Part shown: positions 17,860-25,985 of the stretch, piece after piece
Position numbering within the stretch: the first letter of the stretch is position 1
Layout: every line of letters starts with the position of its first letter
Assembly (NCBI RefSeq): GCF_042660085.1
Contig: NZ_JBHSTI010000008.1
Location: 1,209,876-1,241,875, forward strand
Length of the DNA: 32,000 nucleotides
Direction of reading: 5' to 3'
Source: Longivirga aurantiaca
Lineage (GTDB): Bacteria > Actinomycetota > Actinomycetes > S36-B12 > CAIYMF01
The notes under the pieces: generated by a model
The model's database searches: none
Told to the model about the DNA's origin: nothing
What the model saw: the letters and a program-made list of their open reading frames with translations, nothing else
Position numbers and translations under genes: made by a program

Positions 17860-18807
17860 ATGATCAGACAGCCTGTGAAGGTGGCGGTCGTGCAACGGCC
17901 GCCCGTCCTGCTGGATCGAGACTCCACCATGAAGGCCGCTGTCGAGGCGGTGCACGAGGCCGCTGACGCCGGAGCCGGCCTGGTGGTCTTCCCCGAGACC
18001 TACATCCCGGGATACCCGGTCTGGATCTGGTCGTTGCGTCCCGGAGGCGACTTCGGGCTCAGCCAGGGCATCCATGCCCAGCTGCTGGCCAACAGCATCG
18101 ACCTGTCCACCGACGACCTCGCATCGCTGCAGCAGGTGGCGGCCGAGCGGAGCGTCGTCGTCGTCTGCGGAGTCCATGAGCGGGAGGGCTCGTTCAGCCG
18201 GGCGACGATCTACAACACGTTGGTCACCATCGATGCTGACGGCACGATTCTCAACCGGCACCGCAAGCTCGTGCCCACCAACCCGGAGCGGATGGTGTGG
18301 GGGCAGGGCGACGCCTCCGGGCTGCGCGTCGTCGACACGCCGTTCGGACGGCTGGGCGGCTTGATCTGCTGGGAGAACTACATGCCCCTGGCCCGGTACA
18401 CGTTGTACGCCGAGGGCATCCAGATCTACATCGCCTCCACCTGGGACAGCGGAGACGCCTGGCTCGCCTCCATGCGCCACATCGCTTCCGAGGGCCGCTG
18501 CTGGGTCATCGGATCCGGCTGCGCCCTCGCGACCCGTGACATACCCGAGAGCTTCCCGTCGCGAGAGATGCTCTTCGAGGGCCAGGACGACTGGCTCAAC
18601 CCGGGTGACTCGGTGATCGTCGCCCCCACTGGACACGTCGTTGCCGGACCGCTCCACCAGGAGTACGGGATCCTGTACGCCGACATCGACGTCGCCACGG
18701 CGAGCACCGAGCACCGCACCCTCGACGTGGCCGGGCACTACGGACGACCCGACATCTTCTCGCTCACGGTGGACCGCTCGCCGCAACTGCCCATTCATAT
18801 CCAGTAG
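17860..18807 (+). CDS. nitrilase (carbon-nitrogen hydrolase superfamily)
   Basis: Catalytic triad contexts: VVFPETYIPGYP (Glu), NRHRKLVPT (Lys), GGLICWENYMPLAR (Cys). ATG 17860 sits 5 nt after GAAGGAG; the track start 17854 is GTG. Confidence 0.9.
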   Translation: MIRQPVKVAVVQRPPVLLDRDSTMKAAVEAVHEAADAGAGLVVFPETYIPGYPVWIWSLRPGGDFGLSQGIHAQLLANSIDLSTDDLASLQQVAAERSVVVVCGVHEREGSFSRATIYNTLVTIDADGTILNRHRKLVPTNPERMVWGQGDASGLRVVDTPFGRLGGLICWENYMPLARYTLYAEGIQIYIASTWDSGDAWLASMRHIASEGRCWVIGSGCALATRDIPESFPSREMLFEGQDDWLNPGDSVIVAPTGHVVAGPLHQEYGILYADIDVATASTEHRTLDVAGHYGRPDIFSLTVDRSPQLPIHIQ

Positions 18808-18832
18808 AGCCGATCGGTCGACGGGCTGCCGG

Positions 18833-20095
18833 TCAGGCTCGCTCGAGGTCGGACAGCAGACGGGCTGCCACGGCGCGCAGGTCGTCACTCACCTGGAGCA
18901 GCGCGTCCTCGCCGCACGCGGGGTGCTGCTCGGCGGCGTACGTCGCGAGGTCCTCGAGCCGTTCGGCGAAGCGGATCCAGGCGGCACGACGGTGCGGGAG
19001 GAGGAAGCTCGCGCGGTAGGGGAGCTGGAAGTTGGCCCCCGCCGTGGCACCCGGATGCTCGGGTCCTACAGGCAGACGGGCGAGCAGCAGGCCGAGCGGC
19101 TTGATCGCCTTGAACATCAGGTCCACCGCGGAGTCGGCGAGCGTCGCCCGCTGCTCGGCAGTCTCGTGCCCGAACGCGAAGTACCGCGCGATCATCTGCA
19201 GCAGCAGCTCGTAGACCGCGTTGAACAGGTCCGAGCAGGCGCCCGTGGCCGGGTCCGTGATGAAGAAGTCCGGCTCGATCCCTTCGACCGCCCGCATGCC
19301 CGCCGCAAGGACCGGGTGCACCGGGTCGAACCCGGGGTCGGCCGCGGTCATGAGGAGGTACTCCTCGCGAACGGCGAGGAAGCGACCGAAGTGGGCGTCG
19401 CTCCAGTCGCCGGTAGCGCCCTCTCCCTGCTCGACGATGCGCTCGAGCGCGGCCTGCGCCTCCTTCAGGTTCGTGATCGGGCCCAGGCTCGGCCAGCCGA
19501 ACGCGGACTCGTCGGCCTGATGGAACCCCGGGCCGATGAAGAGCCGGTCCTCGCCGAGCTTGCTCGCGAGGTTCGCGAGACCTGCTGCGCACGACCTGTA
19601 GAGGTGCCCGACGGTCGCGAACTCCTGACCACGGGGCACGATCTCGTCCGCTCGCATCTGCTCGAGCGGCTCCCCAGCAGGCTCGAACCCCTCGGCGTCG
19701 GCGTGCTCCACGCCATCGGGACGCTCGAGGTAGACGAAGTGGTCCAGGGCACGCGTGCCGAACGGCAGCAGCCGCAGCTGCACGCCGGGCGGATACCCCT
19801 GTGCCTGGTGCGGGAGGTGCGGGCGGCTTACGAACGGTGCCGAGCCGACGGCGGCGAGAAGGTTCTGGACCACCGCCCAGTGCAGCATCTCCTCGCCAGC
19901 GATCCTGAGGATCACCGAGCGCCATCGCTCCACGGCTTCCGCCTGCGCGTCGTCGAGCCCGTCCTCGGCGGACTTCAAGCTGAATGCGGCGTAGAGGTAC
20001 TGGCACATGAGGGCGTGCTCGAGCTCGGCACCCTGCGAAAGCAGGTACGTGAGCTCCTTGCGGTTCTCGACCGTGATCTCGGGCAAAGCCTCCAC
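18833..20095 (-). CDS. ferritin-like domain protein, function unknown
   Basis: NRKELTYLLSQGAELEHALMCQYLYAAFSLK...ERWRSVILRIAGEEMLHWAVVQNLLAAVG matches my memory of the Ferritin-like (PF12902-type) N-terminal signature. Start uncertain: GTG 20095 or GTG 20146. The rest of the 655-aa track ORF is antisense to the LLM gene. Confidence 0.7.
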   Translation of the reverse strand: MEALPEITVENRKELTYLLSQGAELEHALMCQYLYAAFSLKSAEDGLDDAQAEAVERWRSVILRIAGEEMLHWAVVQNLLAAVGSAPFVSRPHLPHQAQGYPPGVQLRLLPFGTRALDHFVYLERPDGVEHADAEGFEPAGEPLEQMRADEIVPRGQEFATVGHLYRSCAAGLANLASKLGEDRLFIGPGFHQADESAFGWPSLGPITNLKEAQAALERIVEQGEGATGDWSDAHFGRFLAVREEYLLMTAADPGFDPVHPVLAAGMRAVEGIEPDFFITDPATGACSDLFNAVYELLLQMIARYFAFGHETAEQRATLADSAVDLMFKAIKPLGLLLARLPVGPEHPGATAGANFQLPYRASFLLPHRRAAWIRFAERLEDLATYAAEQHPACGEDALLQVSDDLRAVAARLLSDLERA

Positions 20096-20255
20096 GAGGC
20101 CGAAGGTAGACCCCTCGCCCAGCCCGCGGAAGGTAGTCGCGCGCACGACGCTTGCCAGCCGCGTGCGCGATCCGATGCGAGGTGCCGCGCTCGGACGTTC
20201 CTGATGCGCGACGGCCTCGACCGGCAGGCACGCCCGACGACCGGCGCGACCCGGT

Positions 20256-20274
20256 GCACTGCCACGGGCAGTGC
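20256..20274. promoter_or_regulatory. perfect 8-3-8 palindrome in the divergent ferritin-like/LLM intergenic region (candidate operator)
   Basis: gcactgcc-acg-ggcagtgc. It lies about 160 bp from the ferritin-like start and about 190 bp from the LLM start. Confidence 0.25.
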
Positions 20275-20464
20275 GCTGTGCGGATGTCGGTATCGAGCTC
20301 GCACGGCGGTCCAGGCCGAGAGGTCGCCGTGGCGTCGGCGTCGCGCCCGAGCCTCCCCTGTGCCGTCCCGGAGACCGCTCGGGGTGAGCAGGCGTTGGCT
20401 GCCGAGAGTGCCGGCGGTGTGGAACGATGCGGGCTTCGCGGTTGCGGTCTGGAGGTGCGGACCA

Positions 20465-21496
20465 GTGGTGGGAGCGGCCTCTGCAGACGTGCCCATCGGG
20501 ATCGGCTTCACGCCGTTCGAAGACCGCCTCGATGTCATCGAGCGTGTCACGCGGCACGCCGAGGAACGCGGCCTGGCGTTCGTCTCCGTCGCGGAGGCCA
20601 TGAGTCTGGCGGCACCGCTCGTGCTTGCCCGACTTGCGGCCGTCACGAGCCGGATCGGTCTGACAACAGGCGTGCTGTCGGTGTGGGGGCGTACGCCGGC
20701 CACCTTGGCCATGACCGCGGCGGAGCTGCAGCGGCAGTCGGACGGACGCTTCGTCCTCGGTCTGGGAGCCGGGACGGCCCCCATCGCCGAGGGCTTCCAC
20801 GGGAATCGATGGGAATCGCCGCTGGGACGCTTGCGCTCGACGTGCCTCGCCGTGTCAGCGCTGCTGCGCGGGGAGCGGCTTCCAGACCCTCCGAGCCACG
20901 CGCGACCGCTGGCGCTCGCCAAGCCGCCTGACACGAAGGTGCCGCTTGCGCTCGCCGCCATCACCGATCCCAGCATCCGACTTGCGGGCGAGCTTGCCGA
21001 CCAGTGGCTGCCCTTCCTGCTGCCACCTTCGGCGCTGGACCGAGGCGGAGAGCAGTTGAGGGCGTCCGCTGTTCGGCATGAGCGATCGACCGTGCCGACG
21101 GTGACGGCCGCTATCCCTGTCGCCATCGCGGAGGACGAGGCGACCGCATCGACCATCGCCGCCCGATGGCTCGTGACGTACTGCACGCGCATGGGGCCCG
21201 TCTATCCTCGCGTTCTGCGCGAGAACGGCTACGGCTCCGAGATCGACGCGCTGCTGGAGGCGAGCAGCGATCCTCGCACTCCCGTTCTGCCTGCCGCTGC
21301 CGAACGGCTGGCACGCGACGTGCTCGTCTTCGGCGCCCACGGCGACATGCGCGAGGTCCTCGCCCGCTGGCAGCAGCACGCCGACCAGATCACCCTGGTG
21401 GTTCCGTTCGCCAGCCAGCTCGACGATCTGCTGGTTCTCGTCGACCACGCGGTGACGCCGAGACCGCCCACGCGTCGCGGAGGTCTCTGCGGGTGA
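20465..21496 (+). CDS. LLM-class (luciferase-like) flavin/F420-dependent oxidoreductase
   Basis: VPIGIGFTPFEDRLDVIERVTRHAEERGLAFVSVAEAM...WGRTPATLAMTAAELQRQSDGRFVLGLGAG is the typical LLM TIM-barrel signature. GTG 20465 sits 9 nt after GGAGG. The upstream 600 codons of the 951-aa track ORF are antisense shadow. Confidence 0.8.
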   Translation: MVGAASADVPIGIGFTPFEDRLDVIERVTRHAEERGLAFVSVAEAMSLAAPLVLARLAAVTSRIGLTTGVLSVWGRTPATLAMTAAELQRQSDGRFVLGLGAGTAPIAEGFHGNRWESPLGRLRSTCLAVSALLRGERLPDPPSHARPLALAKPPDTKVPLALAAITDPSIRLAGELADQWLPFLLPPSALDRGGEQLRASAVRHERSTVPTVTAAIPVAIAEDEATASTIAARWLVTYCTRMGPVYPRVLRENGYGSEIDALLEASSDPRTPVLPAAAERLARDVLVFGAHGDMREVLARWQQHADQITLVVPFASQLDDLLVLVDHAVTPRPPTRRGGLCG

Positions 21497-21625
21497 GCCG
21501 CATCTGAGCTGCTCCTTGCTGCGTGTCGGCCGCGCGGGGACTGCACGAGCCTGGACGCGCCGGAGGCGTCCGCGATTCTCGGTGACACCTGCCCTTCCGC
21601 GGCCGTGCTGGAGGACGATGCAGGT

Positions 21626-22954
21626 GTGTGCGACACCTTTGCTGCCATGGCCGACGCCACGGCCGACGGGTCGGTGATCCTGGCCAAGAACAGCGACCGC
21701 GAGCCGAACGAGGCGCACGAGGTGATGCTCGTGCCCGCGGCCGAGCACGCGGACGGCGCGCGCCTGCGCTGCACCTACCTCGAGATCCCGCAGGTGCGCC
21801 GCACCCACGCCGTGCTGCTCGCCAAGCCGTACTGGATCTGGGGCGCCGAGATGGGCGCGAACGAGCACGGCGTCGTCATCGGCAACGAGGCGGTGTTCAC
21901 CAAGGTCCCGCACGAGGACGCCGACGGGCTCGTCGGCATGGACCTGCTGCGGCTCGGCCTCGAGCGGGCCGAGAGCGCCGAGGAGGCCGTGCAGGTCATC
22001 ACGTCCCTGCTCGAGGCGCACGGGCAGGGCGGAAGGTGCGGGCACACGTCCGACATGCGCTACGACAACGGGTTCCTCGTCGCCGATCCCCGCGAGGCGT
22101 GGGTGCTCGAGACCGCGGGACGCGAATGGGGCGCGCAGCGCGTGGCGACCACCCGCTCGATCTCCAACGCGATCACCCTCGGACGCGACGCCGACCTGGT
22201 GTCGAGCGGGCTGGTGAGTCGAGCCGTCGAGCGGGGCTGGTCGCGCAGTCCCACCCAGTTCGACTTCGGCCGCGACTACTCCGACTTCCTCTACACGCGC
22301 TTCAGCGACGCGAAGGCACGGCAGTGCCGCACGTCGGATCGTCTCCGGGAACAGAGGGGGCGCATCGACGTCGCCTCGGCGGTCGCCCTCCTGCGCGACC
22401 ACGGCGACGTCGGACCCGGCTGGTCGCCGGCGGGCCGCCTGCTCGGCCAGACGGTGTGCGCCCATGCGGGGTCCGGGCCGGTGCGCGTGAGCCAGTCGAC
22501 CGGCTCGTGGGTCTCCCACCTCGCCGCCGACGGCACCTTCACGCACTGGGTCACGGCAACGTCCGCGCCGTGCACCTCGGTCTTCAAGCCGGTGTGGTTC
22601 GACGGCGGGCCGCCCAGCACCGGCCCTCAGCCGCAGAGGCGGTACGACCGCAGCACCCTCTGGTGGCGGCACGAGGACCTGCACCGCGCCACCCTCGCCG
22701 ACTACCCGACCCTGCATCCGCTCTACGCGGACGAGATCCTCGCGCTCGAGGCACGCCTGCGTGACGAGGCGGCCACTGCCGCGACACCTGACCAGCGCGC
22801 CGACGTCTCGCGCTCGGCCTTCGCCGAGGCCGCCTCCGCCGAGGAGCGCTGGACAGCGTCCGTCCGTGCCCGCGCCCGTCGCGCGTCGCCCCCCGGGCTC
22901 TACGGCCGAGCGTGGCGAGGCTTCGACCGCGCGGCGTCCCGCCCTGTCCCGTGA
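21626..22954 (+). CDS. N-terminal-Cys Ntn hydrolase, peptidase C69/secernin-like
   Basis: Start GTG 21626 after GGAGGA gives M-CDTFAAM...DGSVILAKNSDREPNEAHEV. This is the N-terminal Cys nucleophile plus the (F/L)AKNSDR.PNE motif characteristic of C69/secernin-type Ntn hydrolases. Confidence 0.7.
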   Translation: MCDTFAAMADATADGSVILAKNSDREPNEAHEVMLVPAAEHADGARLRCTYLEIPQVRRTHAVLLAKPYWIWGAEMGANEHGVVIGNEAVFTKVPHEDADGLVGMDLLRLGLERAESAEEAVQVITSLLEAHGQGGRCGHTSDMRYDNGFLVADPREAWVLETAGREWGAQRVATTRSISNAITLGRDADLVSSGLVSRAVERGWSRSPTQFDFGRDYSDFLYTRFSDAKARQCRTSDRLREQRGRIDVASAVALLRDHGDVGPGWSPAGRLLGQTVCAHAGSGPVRVSQSTGSWVSHLAADGTFTHWVTATSAPCTSVFKPVWFDGGPPSTGPQPQRRYDRSTLWWRHEDLHRATLADYPTLHPLYADEILALEARLRDEAATAATPDQRADVSRSAFAEAASAEERWTASVRARARRASPPGLYGRAWRGFDRAASRPVP

Positions 22955-22985
22955 ACCGCCGCACCGACCCGCTGGGAGCGCCCCG

Positions 22986-24254
22986 ATGAGCACGCGCGAC
23001 GACTCTGACCGGCCGACCCGCGCCGAGGTCCTCGACCTGGCGGAGCGCTACGCGTGCCCGAACCGGGTTCGCACGCTCAGGGCCCTCGGTGTCGACCTCG
23101 TCGTCGGGGCGCGTGAGGGGTACCGGCTCTGGGACCTCGACGGACGCGAGTTCCTCGACCTTCACCTCAACGGCGGCGTGTTCAACCTGGGGCACCGCAA
23201 CCACGAGCTGGTGGCCACGCTCGTCGACGCGCTGCAGACGCTGGACATCGGCAACCACCACTTCCCGAGCGTCGAGCGGGCCCTGCTGGCCCGCGACCTC
23301 GTCGAGCTGACTCCGGGGATGAGGTACGCCGTGTTCGCCAGCGGCGGCGGCGAGGCGGTCGAGGTCGCGCTCAAGAGCGCCCGTCGCGCCACCGGTCGAC
23401 GACGCATCGTGTCCGTGAGCGGCGCCTACCACGGTCACACGGGGCTCGCGCTCGCGGCGGGCGATGAGCGCGCCGCCGCGTCCTTCCTGTCCGAGGGGGC
23501 GCCCGGCGAGTTCGCCCACGTGGGCTTCGACGACCTCGCCGCGATCGAGCGCGAGCTGGCGTCGGGCGACGTCGCGGCCGTCGTGCTGGAGACCGTCCCC
23601 GCCACGATCGGCTTCCCGCTCCCGTCGCCGGGCTACCTCGCCGGCGTGCGGGACCTCTGCGACGCAGCCGGGGCCCTCTACGTCGCCGACGAGGTGCAGA
23701 CGGGGCTCGGCCGCACGGGGGAGCTCTGGGGCGTGCAGCGCGAGGGCGTCGTCCCCGACGTGCTGGTGTGCGGCAAGGGGCTCTCCGGCGGGCTGTATCC
23801 CATCGCCGCCGCTCTGCTCTCCGAACGTGCGGGCGCCTGGCTCGAGGAGGACGGCTGGGCGCACATCTCGACGTTCGGCGGCGCTGAGGTCGGGTGCCGC
23901 GTGGCGCGCGAGGTGCTCGCCATCACCGACCACCCGGCGACCCGCGGCCATGTGCGCGGGCTCGTCGACCGGTTCGCCGACGGGCTGGCGGGCATCCGCG
24001 ACCGATACCCCGACCGGCTGGTCGAGGTGCGCCAGACGGGCCTGGTGATCGGCCTGAGGCTCTCGCACCCTCAGGGCGGCATGCTGCTCACCAAGGCGCT
24101 CTACGACCGTGGGGTGTGGGCGATGTTCGCCGGCTTCGATCCCTCCGTCCTGCAGGTCAAGCCGGGCCTGCTGCTCGACGCCGCGACGGCCGAGCTCGCC
24201 CTGGAACGGCTGGACGACGCCGTCTCGTCCCTGCCTGCGGGGACCGCGGCGTGA
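22986..24254 (+). CDS. class III PLP-dependent aminotransferase-fold enzyme (omega-amine/putrescine aminotransferase-like)
   Basis: GYRLWDLDGREFLDLHLNGGVFNLGHRNHELV, SGGGEAVEVALKSAR, YVADEVQTGLGRTGELWG and VLVCGKGLSGGLYP (PLP Lys) are the class III aminotransferase motifs. ATG 22986 follows GGGAG. Confidence 0.85.
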   Translation: MSTRDDSDRPTRAEVLDLAERYACPNRVRTLRALGVDLVVGAREGYRLWDLDGREFLDLHLNGGVFNLGHRNHELVATLVDALQTLDIGNHHFPSVERALLARDLVELTPGMRYAVFASGGGEAVEVALKSARRATGRRRIVSVSGAYHGHTGLALAAGDERAAASFLSEGAPGEFAHVGFDDLAAIERELASGDVAAVVLETVPATIGFPLPSPGYLAGVRDLCDAAGALYVADEVQTGLGRTGELWGVQREGVVPDVLVCGKGLSGGLYPIAAALLSERAGAWLEEDGWAHISTFGGAEVGCRVAREVLAITDHPATRGHVRGLVDRFADGLAGIRDRYPDRLVEVRQTGLVIGLRLSHPQGGMLLTKALYDRGVWAMFAGFDPSVLQVKPGLLLDAATAELALERLDDAVSSLPAGTAA

Positions 24255-25195
24255 GAGGGGCGCCCGCGGAGGCCGAGGAGGTGCTGCGCTCCCTGGAGAA
24301 CCGGCTCGATCCGGCGCAGCCCGAGAAGGCGGGCGGGCTCCAGGTGCTCGGCTACGGCGAGGTGTCGGCGTGCCTGCGCCTCGACGGTCTCGACGGGTGG
24401 ATCGTCAAGCGGATGTCGGGATTCGCCGACGAGCCGGCTGCGCGCGCGTACGCCTCGCTCGTGGACGACTACCTCGTCAGGCTCACCGCGCGCGGCGTGA
24501 GCGTCGTCGAGACGCACGCCCTGCTGGTGCCCCGCCCCGGCCGACCGCCTGTCGTCGCCCTGCTGCAGCCGATGCTGCCCAGCGAGTCCCTCGGGCACCG
24601 GCTGCTCGTGCGTGCTGACGACGCCGTTGTCGCCGACGCCGTCCACCGGGTGCTCGCGACCGTCCTCGCCCTCCACCTCGCCGGTACGGAGGACGCCGAC
24701 GGGCTCGAGGCCGCCGTCGACGGGCAGCTGTCGAACTGGTCGTTCGCGGAGGCCGAGGCGCCCGTCCTCGTCGACGTGGGAACGCCGTTCATGCGGCGGG
24801 CCGGCCGGCACCTGGTCGACATCGCGTGGCTCGAGCGGCCCATCCCGCCGGGGCTGCGCGCGTACTACCACCGAAGGGCCCTCGTGGGCGCCTACCTCGA
24901 CGACTACTACGACCCCCGCACGGTCGCGCTGGACCTGCTGGGCAACTTCCACAAGGAGGGCCGGCCCGACCGGATCCCGCTCGGCATCGACATCGTGAAC
25001 CGATGGCTGGTCGACCACCGCGACGCTCTCGGCGAGCGGGCGCCGTTGAGCGGGGTCGAGGTCGAGTCCTACTACCGCTCCGATGCCGACCTGCTCGCCC
25101 TGTACCTCCGGCTCCGGCGCGCTGACCGGTTCCTGCGCACCCGGGTCCTCCGCCGGCCCTACGACTTCATCCTCCCCGGCCACGTCCGACGCTGA
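24251..25195 (+). CDS. uncharacterised protein with protein-kinase-like motifs
   Basis: GTG 24251 overlaps the aminotransferase stop (GTGA). Motifs in kinase order: LGYGEVSACL (Gly-rich loop), WIVKRM (Lys), AVDGQLSNW (D-x4-N), VLVDVGTPF (DxG). No family could be assigned with certainty; possibly a DUF6206-type protein. Confidence 0.55.
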   Translation: MRGAPAEAEEVLRSLENRLDPAQPEKAGGLQVLGYGEVSACLRLDGLDGWIVKRMSGFADEPAARAYASLVDDYLVRLTARGVSVVETHALLVPRPGRPPVVALLQPMLPSESLGHRLLVRADDAVVADAVHRVLATVLALHLAGTEDADGLEAAVDGQLSNWSFAEAEAPVLVDVGTPFMRRAGRHLVDIAWLERPIPPGLRAYYHRRALVGAYLDDYYDPRTVALDLLGNFHKEGRPDRIPLGIDIVNRWLVDHRDALGERAPLSGVEVESYYRSDADLLALYLRLRRADRFLRTRVLRRPYDFILPGHVRR

Positions 25196-25337
25196 CGGCC
25201 GCGAAAAAACTGCCCGTCCAGGGAAGTCCTCGGCGCGCGATCTCGTCGGTCGCGGGTCTACCGTGGCAGATGTACGAGGTGCTCCGCCGCTCCTCTGCAG
25301 GCCGGGGCACGTGCCGCGACCGGCGAGAGGCGGCGTC

Positions 25338-25985
25338 ATGGAACTGGTCTACGTCAATCCTGAGAAGTGCATCGGCTGCCTCCAGTGCGAGCTCGCCTGC
25401 GCGGTCGAGCACTCGACATCCCGCAACGTCGCCTCCGCATGGGCGGAGCAGCCCGTCCCACGGACGCGGATCCACGTCGTGCCCGGCCCGGTGGCCGGAT
25501 CCGCGTATCCGGCCCGGTGCCGTCACTGCGACCCGGCGCCCTGCGTGCAGGTCTGCCCCACCGGGTCCATGGCACGCGACGAGAGCCACGACGTGGTCGT
25601 CGTCGACGTCGAGACGTGCATCGACTGCGCCATGTGCGCGATGGTCTGCCCGTTCGATGCGCTGACCTACCACCCCGTGGCGGCCTCGGACGGTGAGCGC
25701 ACCGTCGCGGTGAAGTGCGACGGCTGCATCGAGCGGCTGCGTCGGGGCGAGCAGCCGGCGTGCGTCGAGGCCTGCAAGGTGGGCGCGCTCGTGTACGGCG
25801 ACATCAACGATCTGGCTGCGCAGGGTCGGCTGCGCCAGTCCGGACTGGTCCTCGCCGCGGTGACGGCGGCCGAGGCCGAGGAGGACGCGCGTAGTGGGGG
25901 GCCGGTCGCCGCGTGGCGCGCCTGGGGCGCGTCGGCGGCGAACGTCGTCGCAGCAGCAGCACGAGCCGAAGGAGCCGCACGATGA
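25338..25985 (+). CDS. cooF: CooF-type ferredoxin with four [4Fe-4S] binding motifs
   Basis: CIGCLQCELAC, CRHCDPAPCVQVCP, CIDCAMCAMVCP and CDGCIERLRRGEQPACVEAC. The stop overlaps the cooS start (ATGA at 25982-25985). Confidence 0.85.
   Translation: MELVYVNPEKCIGCLQCELACAVEHSTSRNVASAWAEQPVPRTRIHVVPGPVAGSAYPARCRHCDPAPCVQVCPTGSMARDESHDVVVVDVETCIDCAMCAMVCPFDALTYHPVAASDGERTVAVKCDGCIERLRRGEQPACVEACKVGALVYGDINDLAAQGRLRQSGLVLAAVTAAEAEEDARSGGPVAAWRAWGASAANVVAAAARAEGAAR

Noticed and set aside
17680-18888. 402-aa minus-strand ORF antisense to the nitrilase
   Set aside because: Shadow ORF. The nitrilase Glu/Lys/Cys triad on the plus strand is unambiguous.
18641-20464. Upstream 600 codons of the 951-aa plus-strand ORF, and the 448-aa ORF 18885-20231(-)
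   Set aside because: Antisense or out of frame to the ferritin-like gene. Low-complexity Arg/Glu/Pro translations.
25306-25315. 10-bp perfect palindrome GGCACGTGCC 22 bp upstream of cooF, as a possible CO-responsive operator
   Set aside because: Short and GC-rich, so expected by chance in this composition. There is no CooA/RcoM/CRP-family regulator in the window and it bears no resemblance to a CRP-type TGTGA-N6-TCACA site.
20855-25339. Minus-strand ORFs 20855-22993, 22584-24068 and 24101-25339, and plus-strand alternative-frame ORFs (21628-22764, 23464-24048, 23894-24250)
   Set aside because: All overlap genes with strong family motifs in another frame or strand and have Arg/Pro/Gly-dominated composition.
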